A DNA stretch of 50,820 nt from an uncultured Nitrososphaerota archaeon (lineage in GTDB: Archaea; Thermoproteota; EX4484-205; JAAOZP01), in the NCBI GenBank assembly GCA_964416155.1, contig CAYQCW010000012.1, positions 1 to 50,820 on the forward strand, in the 5' to 3' direction. The notes beneath the pieces are model-generated. The model searched no databases, was not told the DNA's origin, and worked only from the letters and a program-made list of their open reading frames with translations. This document shows, one piece after another, positions 37,834 to 47,895 of the stretch (the first letter of the stretch is position 1; every line of letters begins with the position of its first letter). The position numbers and the translations under genes were made by a program.

Positions 37834-39558
37834 TTAAGGATGGGAGAAAACCAGGTTGACAAAGCTCTTCGAAACCGTCTCCACCCTGCAGAACCCGAAT
37901 CGAACCAGCTGAATAACCCTGCTTGGGTTAAGCCGTGTTAAAGGGGACTCGCCCAAGCCCTCGGTAAGGCTAGCGTCAGGCATGACGACCCTTGTTTCAA
38001 CAGCGTCACTGGGGAGGACCCATTGGATAAGTTTCAGCCCCGAGGATTTCTCGAGAACCTCCAGGCTCTTGAAAAAGGCTTTAACAGTTTTACTACTCGG
38101 GTTAACGTCCTCAACCTCAACGTTGAAAAGCGACATCAGCCTAAGCCTTGAACCCGGAGTCATGTTCTCAACGTCTTCCGAGGAGACGAGCAGCCTAGCC
38201 TCCCCGTCAGAAGGCTTTAAAACAATGATTCTGGATCCAAGCTCAGGCCTGCTAGGGTGTCTCAGAAGCCTCGCCTCAACCTGCTGGGGGATGCTTCTAA
38301 CAATCATCGTGAACGGGTTTTTCACGAAGTAGTATCGCTCCGCTTCCCAGTCTACAGCCTCCCTGTTGTAAGCGTAAAGATTCTCCCATTTAACGGTTGA
38401 CTCAGTTATGTTCAAACCCATTTCGAGCACAATCCTCCTAACCACCTCAGGCTTGAATCCTCTCCTCCTCAAAGCTTTAAGCGTGCCCAGCCTAGGATCA
38501 TCCAGCCCAGCGTAAGCACCCTCCGCCAGACCCCTCATTATCCTAGACTTGCTTAACACACTTCCCTCGAGCCTAACCCTGCCTATGTGGACTGAAACCG
38601 GGGGCGGGGAGCCCAAATATTTGAAAACGTAGGATTGGCGGACCTCGTTCGTCAAATGCTCCTTACCCCTTATCACGTGTGAAACCCTCATCTCATGATC
38701 GTCGATTGCGCAGGACCAGTTGTAGAGCGGCCAGACCCTGAAGCCCGCGACCCTAGGATGCTTCGCAACATCTATCCTTAATGCGGGCCAGTCTCTCACT
38801 GCAGGATTAGGATGCTTCATGTCCGTCTTGACCCTTACAACAGCCTCACCAGGGTTAAGACCCCCGTTCAACATCTTCTCCCAGAGGCTTAGGCTTAAAC
38901 CCGCATCCTGATCCCTATGCGGGCACGGTTCACCCTTTTTTTCGAAACGCCTGAATTCCTCAGGCTTACAGAGGCAGACGTATGCGAAGCCTCTTTCAAC
39001 AAACTTTTCAGCATAGTCATAGTATGTTTGAAGCCTGTCGGACTGGTAGTGTATCTCATCAGGATGGATGCCGAGCCACTCTAGGTCTTCAATAATCCAG
39101 TCGTAAGCCTCCTTCAACGGAGGCTTGACCGACGGCGACGTGTCTTCAAACCTTAGAATAAGCTTACCGTTCATCCTCTTAGCGTAATGGTCGCAGAGCA
39201 CGGCCGGCCTAGCGTTGCCAAGCGTAAGCGGCCCGTCTGGATTCGGGGCAAACCTTAAAACAACCTGGGAGAAGCCCTCTGCCCCAGGCAGTGAAGGAGC
39301 CTCCTGTTTCAACACCTTCCCCGTTTTCTCAACAACCCCCAGCCTCCCAAGCAGCTCAGCCTGCTCTTCAAGCGTAAGCCTGTTAACCCTGTCAGTCACC
39401 TCCCGGATTAGTGGAATAAGCTCCTTAACACTGCTTCTTAAACCAGGGTTCATGCCCAGCAGTTTCCCAAGCACCGCCTCAGCCCTAGCCACACCCTTAA
39501 AGGCTACAGCGTTCTCCAGCGCAAGCCTCTCTATCAGGCTGACGAGCTCCTCGCTCAT
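37834..39558 (-). CDS. gltX: Glutamyl-tRNA synthetase
   Basis: RFAPNP, LRFEDT, RGKEH, LSKS, RFGF; start MSEEL overlapping the fni stop. Confidence 0.95.
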   Translation of the reverse strand: MSEELVSLIERLALENAVAFKGVARAEAVLGKLLGMNPGLRSSVKELIPLIREVTDRVNRLTLEEQAELLGRLGVVEKTGKVLKQEAPSLPGAEGFSQVVLRFAPNPDGPLTLGNARPAVLCDHYAKRMNGKLILRFEDTSPSVKPPLKEAYDWIIEDLEWLGIHPDEIHYQSDRLQTYYDYAEKFVERGFAYVCLCKPEEFRRFEKKGEPCPHRDQDAGLSLSLWEKMLNGGLNPGEAVVRVKTDMKHPNPAVRDWPALRIDVAKHPRVAGFRVWPLYNWSCAIDDHEMRVSHVIRGKEHLTNEVRQSYVFKYLGSPPPVSVHIGRVRLEGSVLSKSRIMRGLAEGAYAGLDDPRLGTLKALRRRGFKPEVVRRIVLEMGLNITESTVKWENLYAYNREAVDWEAERYYFVKNPFTMIVRSIPQQVEARLLRHPSRPELGSRIIVLKPSDGEARLLVSSEDVENMTPGSRLRLMSLFNVEVEDVNPSSKTVKAFFKSLEVLEKSSGLKLIQWVLPSDAVETRVVMPDASLTEGLGESPLTRLNPSRVIQLVRFGFCRVETVSKSFVNLVFSHP

Positions 39559-40649
39559 ACGCTTCTCCTCCCGTTTAGAAGCCTCGCCAGCAGTCCTCTC
39601 TGCCCAAGCCATTCAGCCGTCCTACCCCTTACAACAAGCGGGGCTGAGCTGAGCTCCTCAATACTCCTAGCGCCGACGAGAAACATTGTGAATCTTAAGG
39701 CAAGCTCAAATGATTTAACCAGTCTCCTAGCCTCTTCAACACCGCCCTTCGAGAAGGAAACCAGGAACGGCATAGCCATACCCGTGCAGCTGGCCCCGAG
39801 GGCGATGGCTTTCGCAGCGTCAACGCCAGTCCTAACACCCCCGCTCGCTATCACCCTCAGGCTGCGCGTGAACATTTTTGATTCAACAATGCTGACGGCT
39901 GTTGGAACCCCCCAGTCCCAAAGAGCCCTGCCCAGCAGAGAAGCCTTGCTCCCACTTCTCCTTGAACGATAGTATTCTACAGCATACCAGCTTGTCCCAC
40001 CCACGCCGGCTACGTCAATCCATTTGACGCCCCAGGATTCCGCGAGCCTAGCGGCCTCCCCGCTGAAGCCTGCGCCAGTCTCCTTAAGGCAAAGCCTCTC
40101 CCCCAGCCTCACGGATAGTTCAGCCACATGGTTACCCACCTCCTTGAAACACGTTTCCCCCTCGGGCATCACCAGCTCCTGAAGCTTGTTGAAATGTACG
40201 GCCAGCGCGTCCGCTCCAACGATCTCCATTGTTTTCAAAGCATACTCTGAACCGTGTTTAGCAACCTGGGCGGCGCCTATGTTCGAAATCACAAGCGTAC
40301 TTGAAGCCCTGTCCCTGACAACCGAATAAGTGTCCGCCAGACCAGGGTCCTCCATGGCGGCCCTGACGCTTCCGACACCGATCCCTATCCCCTCGGTTTC
40401 AGCAACCTCAGCTAGGCCCATGTTTATCCTTTTAGCCTCCCTGGTTCCCCCGGTTAAAGCCTCTATTATGAGCGGCAGCCTAAGCCTCTTACCCATGACT
40501 GTGACACTTGTGTCGACATCGCTCAGATCAATCTCGCAGACAGCGTTGTGAATAAGCTCAACATCCTCGAAGCCCGCGGAAACCCTGGATGAAACGTTCT
40601 TCCCAAGGGCTATGCGAATATGCTCAGCCTTCCTGCTCTCAGTCGCCAC
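39555..40649 (-). CDS. fni: Type 2 isopentenyl-diphosphate isomerase
   Basis: RKAEH, LTGG, LQE, KETG, GGTSW, ASGG. Confidence 0.95.
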   Translation of the reverse strand: MATESRKAEHIRIALGKNVSSRVSAGFEDVELIHNAVCEIDLSDVDTSVTVMGKRLRLPLIIEALTGGTREAKRINMGLAEVAETEGIGIGVGSVRAAMEDPGLADTYSVVRDRASSTLVISNIGAAQVAKHGSEYALKTMEIVGADALAVHFNKLQELVMPEGETCFKEVGNHVAELSVRLGERLCLKETGAGFSGEAARLAESWGVKWIDVAGVGGTSWYAVEYYRSRRSGSKASLLGRALWDWGVPTAVSIVESKMFTRSLRVIASGGVRTGVDAAKAIALGASCTGMAMPFLVSFSKGGVEEARRLVKSFELALRFTMFLVGARSIEELSSAPLVVRGRTAEWLGQRGLLARLLNGRRSV

Positions 40650-41124
40650 GGTTTAAAGACTCTCGGAGAGTTTTTAACTCTGTTGCTAAGCTTCCCAGGA
40701 GGATTTGTCAGGGCAGGAGCACTCATGTCTCATCTTCTCCAGCAGGCAGATGGACCGAGTAAAATCTGGAACTCTCCCTCCCAATCATCGCCACGTTTTC
40801 AGAATAAATGAATGCTTAAATATGACTTCTAGAGCCATAGGGAAGGCCAGGTTTATTAGGATTGAAGAGTTCGCCCCTTCTAGCCCACCTGATTGCCTCA
40901 GCGTCCTTCACATCGCTAGCGGCACACGCACAGTGCAGCAACATGGATATTGTCTCAAACCGCGCGCCGTCTGCACGGTGGCTCATGAAGGCAAGGTTTA
41001 CCTTAAGTTTCCGGACGCTAGGGCGGCGAGCATTGCTCAGCAGTATTCTCAGCCACAGGAAAGACATGAATCTTCTGTTGGAGGCGTGTTAGCGCGCGCT
41101 ATTCCGTACGGATTTGAAACGGTT

Positions 41125-42084
41125 TCACTCGCCTAGTTCCTCAGTGTAAACTCCTTTCTCAACTGTTCTAAGAACCATTGTAGGAGAGTTCAAACCGTGT
41201 AATGCTTCCTCAACGGGGTTCAAAGAATTCTCGTCGACCAGCGTGAGGACACAGCCCCCGCCTCCTCCGCCAGTAAGCTTAGCACCGTATGCACCAGCCG
41301 ATAAACTTGCCCACACCAAGGAGTCCAGCCTACTGTTTGAAACACCCATTAGAGATAGGAGAAGATGGTTAAGCGTCATTAGCCTGCCTGCTTCAACCAT
41401 ATCGGTCTTCAAGAGGCGGCTTATCTTAACCGTGACGTCGCCAACAGAAGACATTATTATGTTGAAGAGATCAGGCTCCCTCTCCTTGAGGGACGCTACT
41501 TTAAGAATCATGTCTTTCGTACTCCGCTCTAAGCTTGAGTCCGCCAGCAGGAGTATGCCCCGGCCTGCTTCAAGCCTCTCAACCCCCTTGTCTTTAACGA
41601 ACAGGATTAAGCCACCCCAGAGTGCTGCCGCCACGTCTACGCCGCTCGGATTAACGTGGGCAACTTTTTCACCCTCCATCGCGAGGCTAAACACTTTTTC
41701 GTCAGAAGGCTTCTCGTAAACCAGTTTGAGCAGAGCATTAGCCAGCGCGACGGATAATGATGCTGAAGAACCCATTCCCGAGGCGGAAGGAATATCTGAG
41801 CTCATGCGAATCCTGAGCCTACCTTTAAACCCTTCTGAATCCCTGAAGACATCTACGATTCTTGCGAAAGGCTTCAGCTGGCTTGGGCCTGAGAAGGCTC
41901 TCCCTATCATCTTTGCAAACCCATACTTGTCTGCGAATATTTCGTGGGCGCCGATCTCGTCGAAAGCCTCAACAGAAACCTTCGAGTAAACGTTGACCGC
42001 AGACACAAGGGCGGGGTGACCGTATACTACGGAGTGCTCGCCGGAAATTATTACTTTCCCAGGAGCCTTGCAGACTATTTTCAA
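41125..42084 (-). CDS. mvk: Mevalonate kinase
   Basis: APGKVIxxGEHSVVYG, GMGSSA, PSGVD, KLTGGGGGG. Confidence 0.95.
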   Translation of the reverse strand: MKIVCKAPGKVIISGEHSVVYGHPALVSAVNVYSKVSVEAFDEIGAHEIFADKYGFAKMIGRAFSGPSQLKPFARIVDVFRDSEGFKGRLRIRMSSDIPSASGMGSSASLSVALANALLKLVYEKPSDEKVFSLAMEGEKVAHVNPSGVDVAAALWGGLILFVKDKGVERLEAGRGILLLADSSLERSTKDMILKVASLKEREPDLFNIIMSSVGDVTVKISRLLKTDMVEAGRLMTLNHLLLSLMGVSNSRLDSLVWASLSAGAYGAKLTGGGGGGCVLTLVDENSLNPVEEALHGLNSPTMVLRTVEKGVYTEELGE

Positions 42085-42091
42085 CCCATGT

Positions 42092-42937
42092 TCACTTGTA
42101 GAAGGCTATTGAAGCATATCCGACTACACCACCATAGTCGCCTGAAATCTCTCCACTATTATAGTATTTCAACAAGACAGCTTTGGAGCACCCCATCTCC
42201 TTCACGCATGAGACTAACGCCACAACTGGACCCAGGCCGCAGAGCGATTCATAGTTGACGGCGACGGAGTGAATCCGCTTCTCATCCAGCGACTCTATGG
42301 CTCTAATCGTCTTCATATCGTTCTCCTCAGCCTCCCCTGTTGAGACATAATGGCTCATGTCTGAGCTGGCGATAACGATGGCTTTTTTCCCTTCGAGAGC
42401 CTTGGATAAAGCTTTTCCAAGCCTAATGTTCCTGTCAAGGTTGAAGTCATTTATTATTATTGGTATGAGCTTGAACGAGCCTCCGTAGACAAGCTGGAGG
42501 AATGGGAGCTGTATTTCAATAGAGTGCTCGAAAGCGTGAGCATGAAAATTATCCTCAACTAAGGGAGTGGAGCTGAGAAGCAGGCTCACCGTCTGCCTGT
42601 CTACCTCAACGTCCCCCAGCGGGGTACGCCATACGCCCTCACTCATAGTGGCGAAGCCTGTGGAAGCCATATGGTGGTCAGGCCCAATCACCACTACAGT
42701 GTCTCTGGAACCATGCTTAGCAGCCTCGCCGTAGGCCCATGTGGCAGCCATGCCCGAGTAGACATAGCCCGCGTGCGGAACCATGAGGCCAAGCAAGCGT
42801 GGATCATGCTCTCCGAGAACAGTTAGGCTTCCGTAACCCAGTCTCCCCTTGAAAAGACCCTGAAGCTGCCCTAGAAGGCTCTCCCTAGTGCCCTCGTACC
42901 AGCTTCCAGCGTACGCTGGCTTTCTAACCCTAGCCAT
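42092..42937 (-). CDS. MEMO1 family protein (AmmeMemoRadiSam B)
   Basis: AGSWY, PHAGYVYSG, GPDH, EHSIE, SSDMSH, CG, VGY. Confidence 0.92.
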   Translation of the reverse strand: MARVRKPAYAGSWYEGTRESLLGQLQGLFKGRLGYGSLTVLGEHDPRLLGLMVPHAGYVYSGMAATWAYGEAAKHGSRDTVVVIGPDHHMASTGFATMSEGVWRTPLGDVEVDRQTVSLLLSSTPLVEDNFHAHAFEHSIEIQLPFLQLVYGGSFKLIPIIINDFNLDRNIRLGKALSKALEGKKAIVIASSDMSHYVSTGEAEENDMKTIRAIESLDEKRIHSVAVNYESLCGLGPVVALVSCVKEMGCSKAVLLKYYNSGEISGDYGGVVGYASIAFYK

Positions 42938-42938
42938 G

Positions 42939-43577
42939 CTAGACTGTCTCCGCAGCCTCCTCGATCTTGGTCTCGAAAGCGTGAAAGTTTTCACTCATGC
43001 TTTCAGTCGGGGAGAGCACCCCCCTGTTTCTGAGAATCTCCCTTGTCAGAAGCCAGAATACTAGGGCTAGGGAGCTGCGCCCCTTGTTGTTGGCAGGAAT
43101 AATAAGGTCTATGTAGGAGCAGGAATCATCGGTGTCACATATTCCTATAACGGGTATTCCGATGAGCGTAGCCTCTCGAATAGCCTTCTCGTCAACCTTA
43201 GGGTCTGAAACGAGAATTATCTTAGGAGAAATATAGCCTTCGTACTTCGGGTTTGAGAAGATGCCTGGCGGAAACCTTTCGACAATAGGCTTGAAACCAG
43301 TGTACTCGCACATTTTAAGCACGGGCGTTCTTCCATACTCCTTTCCCGACACGATTATCACGTCACCCGGATCATACCTTGAGAGCCCCCTGGCGGCAAT
43401 CCTGATCTTCTCATCAGTCTGAGCGATCTCAATCAGGTTAAGCCCGTCAGGCCTAGTGAACCTTACGAAACGCTTCATGCAGACCGTGCAAACCTTTGTA
43501 CCTATGTGGACGCCTGCAGCAATATACTCTGTCCTCAGGATCAGAAGTCCTTCCCCGCTTTTCTCACCGCTGCTCAT
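42939..43577 (-). CDS. rps2: 30S ribosomal protein S2
   Basis: AGVHIGT, RFPPG, PANNKG. Confidence 0.96.
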   Translation of the reverse strand: MSSGEKSGEGLLILRTEYIAAGVHIGTKVCTVCMKRFVRFTRPDGLNLIEIAQTDEKIRIAARGLSRYDPGDVIIVSGKEYGRTPVLKMCEYTGFKPIVERFPPGIFSNPKYEGYISPKIILVSDPKVDEKAIREATLIGIPVIGICDTDDSCSYIDLIIPANNKGRSSLALVFWLLTREILRNRGVLSPTESMSENFHAFETKIEEAAETV

Positions 43578-43798
43578 TGCCTGTAATCCTCCCCTGGCGA
43601 TAATCCTCGCGAATATGAAAGCAGCTCGTCGATATAATCCACGTGAGAAATAAACATTCGCCTGCAACAGATCCTTGTAACGTTGAGAGAGTCGAGCACC
43701 TGCTTCTGATCCTCGCCTGAAGCAACCCTCCTCTGGTAATCCTCCCACAAGTGGCCGATGACCTTGCCGCATGTGAAACATCTAACTGGAAACATCAA
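43574..43798 (-). CDS. rpo10: RNA polymerase subunit Rpo10 (RpoN)
   Basis: PVRCFTCGK, CCRRM. Confidence 0.97.
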   Translation of the reverse strand: MMFPVRCFTCGKVIGHLWEDYQRRVASGEDQKQVLDSLNVTRICCRRMFISHVDYIDELLSYSRGLSPGEDYRQ

Positions 43799-43809
43799 GC
43801 CATAGTCAC

Positions 43810-44223
43810 CTACCTGTAAGACTTTTGGAACCTCCTTCTCGCACCTGGTCCTCCAAACTTCTTAGGCTCCTTCCAACGAGGGTCTCCTGAAAGAAGATGC
43901 CTGTCGAACCCTCTGAAAATGTTTCTAACGCTGGAGCTCCTCGTCCACTGCGTAATGCCCCTGGCTAAAGCCTGCATAACCGCCCTGGCTTGCGAAGCAT
44001 GCCCCCCGCCTTCAACCTTAACCTCGACGTCGACATCCTTAAACTGTTCAGGGAGAAGCTTTAAAGGCGTTAAGGCGAGCATCCGGTAGGGGTCGTAAAG
44101 CCAGTTTTCAGCCGGGTAACCGTTTATAGTGACGCGCCCAGAACCCTGTTTAACAACAGCCCTGGCCACCGAGCTCTTGACGGAACCCGTTACAATCAGG
44201 GGCAGTTTCCTAGGAGTGGGCAA
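43810..44223 (-). CDS. rps9: 30S ribosomal protein S9
   Basis: VEGGG, EPKKFGGPGARRRFQKSYR. Confidence 0.97.
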   Translation of the reverse strand: MPTPRKLPLIVTGSVKSSVARAVVKQGSGRVTINGYPAENWLYDPYRMLALTPLKLLPEQFKDVDVEVKVEGGGHASQARAVMQALARGITQWTRSSSVRNIFRGFDRHLLSGDPRWKEPKKFGGPGARRRFQKSYR

Positions 44224-44225
44224 AC

Positions 44226-44666
44226 CTAATCAGCCTCCGGAACACTGAAAAACCCTTTCAAGTCTGAAAGGGTGAAGGATCCTCTTCCAAGACTTGAGGC
44301 GTCAGCATCCTTAAACCTCACCGCCTCACCCTTAACACTGCTCGGCCAGCCGCAGTAGACCCTGAGCCTTCTAAACGCCTCCATTCCTTTAGGCTTATCC
44401 ATTGGAAGCATGCCTTTAACAACGCTCCTAACATAGGTCACGGGGCTCCTCGGATGCCTCGGCGTATGCTTAGGGTTCCTAACGCTCTTCACCTCCAGGA
44501 AGCCCACGTAATCCCTGATGAAGCTGTCTCTCCTCCCAGATATCCTCGTCTTCTCAGCGTTAACCACGTAAACCCTGTATCCCTCAAGGAGCCTCTTAGC
44601 TATGATTGAACACATTCTTCCGAGAACCTGGTTAGTCGCGTCAACCACGAGAATCCTTTCAGACAA
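44226..44666 (-). CDS. rpl13: 50S ribosomal protein L13
   Basis: VDATNQVLGR, VNAEK, KGMLP. Confidence 0.96.
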   Translation of the reverse strand: MSERILVVDATNQVLGRMCSIIAKRLLEGYRVYVVNAEKTRISGRRDSFIRDYVGFLEVKSVRNPKHTPRHPRSPVTYVRSVVKGMLPMDKPKGMEAFRRLRVYCGWPSSVKGEAVRFKDADASSLGRGSFTLSDLKGFFSVPEAD

Positions 44667-45003
44667 TTATTTTCACCCCTGAGCCCTTCTGCTCAACCTC
44701 TGCGAACTCGTCCAGCCTCATAACCTTGCATCCGGCTGACCTCAGCTTATCCAGCGCGGCCGAGGAGAAGGAGAGGGCGGCAACCGTGACGCTGTGATTA
44801 ATCTCCCCCCTACCCAGGACTTTCCCAGGGACCACTACGCGGTCACCCTGCTGGGTGAGACGCGAAATCTTACCCACGTTCACCTCAGCCATCCTGCTTC
44901 TAGGTCTTGATAAAAGGCTCTCAACCCTCCTCCAGAACCCTGAGTCACCTGCCGCCTTCCTCACCGAAAGCAACACCCTCCTCGCTGCCACGCTTCTCTT
45001 CAA
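44659..45003 (-). CDS. rpl18e: 50S ribosomal protein L18e
   Basis: EVNVGKI, VPGKVLG, AALSFS. Confidence 0.96.
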   Translation of the reverse strand: MKRSVAARRVLLSVRKAAGDSGFWRRVESLLSRPRSRMAEVNVGKISRLTQQGDRVVVPGKVLGRGEINHSVTVAALSFSSAALDKLRSAGCKVMRLDEFAEVEQKGSGVKIIV

Positions 45004-45631
45004 CCTCAGGAAGCGTGAGAGAATCCAGAAGCGTTTTAAACTTATCTCTCAAAATATCCAGAGCCTGCCTGAAAACCTCTATTGCGAGCAGAGAACCCGT
45101 TGATTCAAGCCTGAAAACGAACTTGTCCGGAGAATCCGTGAAGCTGTACGTGGCTAGGGAGGCGGGCTGCCATTTAGCATGCATCCTACCCCTTCCGAGC
45201 CTAGCTATCGCTTCAAGCCTAAGCTTCCCACCCGGGGGGAGCCTAGTTATAGGAATATTGCCGTAGACAGGGTAAACCTCCTCATCCCTGCAGACAAGAT
45301 GCTTAGAGTAAACCGTCAACGGGGAGTCGCCGGCGGAAACATCCAGGCTCAGCGAGGTGAAACACCTCTCGCTGGAGCCCTGCAGGCATCCCTGGGAATC
45401 CATCGGCAGGTATTTCCCAGGCGGAGTCCTTAAAGGTATTAGGCCAAGCCTGTTTGAAAGAACCTCGTCGAACATCGGGCTGGAGTTTTCAAATATGAAG
45501 ACCTCGTGAACCGCCAGTGTAGGAACCTCTTCAAGAATAGTTCTTCTAATCGCGTTTACAAGCGCCTCTGAGCACCCTTCCAGCCTAGCCTCTAGATAAT
45601 CGTCGCTCAGCCTAAGTATCTTTACATCCAT
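44945..45631 (-). CDS. rpo3: RNA polymerase subunit Rpo3 (RpoD)
   Basis: NAIRR, EVPTLA, DEVLSNRLGLIP, HAKWQP, ESTGSL. Confidence 0.96.
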   Translation of the reverse strand: MDVKILRLSDDYLEARLEGCSEALVNAIRRTILEEVPTLAVHEVFIFENSSPMFDEVLSNRLGLIPLRTPPGKYLPMDSQGCLQGSSERCFTSLSLDVSAGDSPLTVYSKHLVCRDEEVYPVYGNIPITRLPPGGKLRLEAIARLGRGRMHAKWQPASLATYSFTDSPDKFVFRLESTGSLLAIEVFRQALDILRDKFKTLLDSLTLPEVEEKRGSEEGVAFGEEGGR

Positions 45632-45745
45632 ATTAACGTGCTATTTTCCCGAGAAGGTATTTAAGGGTTAGCGTTTCAAGGCAATAGGCTGCTAAGCGAA
45701 GCCGCTTGGAGAACGCTTATTAACCTCCTTAAGCAGGATGGCCGC

Positions 45746-46141
45746 GTGAGCACTGAACAGGAGAAATATGTGGTAGTACGAATATACTCCTCCGGCAACA
45801 ATACTATAGTGCACGCCACGGATCCAAGCGGCTCGTCAACACTCGCAATATCCGCAGCAGGCCAGCATGTTAAGGCTGATAGGCTCGGAGGCAGCCCGTA
45901 TGGCGCGATGATGGCTGCAAACACTGTTGCTGGAGCATTGAAGAAGCTTGGAATAACAAGCATTAAGGTTAGGGTTAGGGCTCCGGGGGGTATAAAGTCT
46001 AGAGCGCCTGGGCAGGGGGCTCAGGCAGCCATAAGAGCATTAACAAGGGCCGGTCTAAGAATAATCGCGATAGAGGATGTGACACCCATTCCCACCGATG
46101 GGACGAGGAAACCAGGAGGCAGAAGGGGGAGAAGATTCTAG
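45746..46141 (+). CDS. rps11: 30S ribosomal protein S11 (inverted relative to its cluster)
   Basis: [32 protein letters not shown]. Confidence 0.96.
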   Translation: MSTEQEKYVVVRIYSSGNNTIVHATDPSGSSTLAISAAGQHVKADRLGGSPYGAMMAANTVAGALKKLGITSIKVRVRAPGGIKSRAPGQGAQAAIRALTRAGLRIIAIEDVTPIPTDGTRKPGGRRGRRF

Positions 46142-46383
46142 CCTTTTAAGACAGGGTTTAACCTACGCGTCGCAACCCTTCTCCACCTGCTTCACCGAGT
46201 CTTCGAAACACTCTTCCCGCAAACCTTTAACAGCAGGATAAGCCAGGCTAGACACGATTTGCTTCGCCCAGCGTCATGATGCGCACCCCAGCATTCCCCA
46301 TGACCTTGCCCTATTCGAAGCCTTATGGGAGCTTTTACCCATCATGACCCCTGTCCCAGACAGGTGTCTTCGCCCGAGATAAA

Positions 46384-46875
46384 CTAAGCCGCCTTGGTCT
46401 CTTCAACCGTCTTAACCCTTACGAGAGGCTCCTCGTCTCTAGTGACGAAGTATCCTGGGGATCTTACAATCTGGCTGCCTATCATGATCTTGCCGTGCAC
46501 TACCGCCTGCCTAGCGCTGTGAATAGTCTTCGCAAAACGCTTCCTGTAGACGATTGTTTGAAGCCGTCTTTCAAGAATGTTTGAAACAGTCAGGGAGAGA
46601 ACATCGTCAAGCTTCGCATCCTTGCCGACTAGGCCAAGCCTGTAGAGCCTTGAAATAAGCTCCGACTCCCTCTTAACCCTTTCCCCACCCGTCAGGCTCA
46701 GGTAGGAGCGGGCTGAAGCCCTAACACCCCTCAGGAAGGATGCGGCCCTCCAAAGCTCCCTCTTATTCCTCAAGCCATACTCCCCTACGAGCACGAGCTC
46801 CCCAGTTAAACGCTCTTTGACCCAGGGATGCTTCGGATGCAGGATTTTGCTCCTAATCTTACGCGGATCACCCAT
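46384..46875 (-). CDS. rps4: 30S ribosomal protein S4
   Basis: MGDPRK, YGLRNKRE, LERRLQT. Confidence 0.97.
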   Translation of the reverse strand: MGDPRKIRSKILHPKHPWVKERLTGELVLVGEYGLRNKRELWRAASFLRGVRASARSYLSLTGGERVKRESELISRLYRLGLVGKDAKLDDVLSLTVSNILERRLQTIVYRKRFAKTIHSARQAVVHGKIMIGSQIVRSPGYFVTRDEEPLVRVKTVEETKAA

Positions 46876-46881
46876 TCGTCA

Positions 46882-47358
46882 TCACTTTTTCTCGCTTCCA
46901 GAAGCCTTCATAGCAGCCTTTGAAAAACCAACTGGGCCACCGGTCCTGCCGGTTGTCCTAGTCCTCTGACCCCTAACCTTTAAGCCGAGCGAGTGTCTAA
47001 CACCCTTCCAAGACTTAATCCTCATCATCCTCTCAACATCCATCTTCTGAGTAAGCTCCAAGTCGGAGGTTAACAGGTGCTTATCCCCACTCGTTAAAGG
47101 GTCCCTCCTCCTGTTAAGCATCCAAGCAGGCATGTCCAGAGACCCGGGATTGTTTAGCGCAGCCTCTATTCTCGCAACCTCCTCCTCAGACAAGTAGCCC
47201 AGCCTAGTGTCCATAGGAATGTTTAAAGCTATGCACAACGCCCTGGCTGTAGACCAACCTATGCCTTTAACCATCGATAAACCGTCCAATACCTTTCTCT
47301 TCCCGTCGCAATCCACGCCGGTGATCCGAACTATCTCCTTAAACTCCCTGTTGCTCAT
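46882..47358 (-). CDS. rps13: 30S ribosomal protein S13
   Basis: KGIG, NRRRDP, GLKVRGQRTRTTGR. Confidence 0.97.
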   Translation of the reverse strand: MSNREFKEIVRITGVDCDGKRKVLDGLSMVKGIGWSTARALCIALNIPMDTRLGYLSEEEVARIEAALNNPGSLDMPAWMLNRRRDPLTSGDKHLLTSDLELTQKMDVERMMRIKSWKGVRHSLGLKVRGQRTRTTGRTGGPVGFSKAAMKASGSEKK

Positions 47359-47645
47359 AAGCAGGCCTAAGGAGGCTTTAGACAAGGCTGGTTATAAACA
47401 TTATTCCGAGCTTTAAAAACGGGCGTTAGCATTTGCCATGGCACGATTTCCTCCTCCGAAACTCCATCTCGCCCCCCGTAAATAAGCGTGCGCTCCACAC
47501 ATGGATCGCTATAGAATCCGGCGTTGCCCGGATACGTTCCGTCCCAAAGCATGCCCATCGGCGTGTGCTCGAACGCGAAGCTGACAGCGACACCGTGCTG
47601 AGCAGTTTTCGAGACCCATGTGTTTCTTAAGGTCGGTCTTCGTCA

Positions 47646-47750
47646 CATTAAAACTATCCTCGAAATAGTCTGCGACGGTTGTGCTTTTTATGGCACGCTA
47701 AACCATCATAGTAATATTACACTTTCAATTCCCTCTCGAGACCATTGCAC
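47646..47750 (-). CRISPR. Solitary CRISPR-like repeat B plus 45-nt spacer and possible degenerate repeat
   Basis: GTGCAATGGTCTCGAGAGGGAATTGAAAG (47722-47750) with the typical ATTGAAAG end; weak second copy at 47646-47676. Confidence 0.55.
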
Positions 47751-47895
47751 ACTTAAAAACTACGCTTTTCAACGCGCGTTTTAGCCGATTTTTAGCGCGT
47801 GCTCGAAACATACTACTCTTCCAGCATATAAGAATGATATGTTGTTCAGAGAATACTATAAGGGTTTGAAATTTCGGGATTTCCGGGGAGATCGT

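Noticed and set aside
39205-39260. GluRS HIGH motif reads TLGN
   Set aside because: Similar variants occur in other archaeal GluRS and the rest of the enzyme is intact.
46142-46383. ncRNA or small gene between rps11 and rps4
   Set aside because: No recognisable RNA family, strong structure or convincing ORF.
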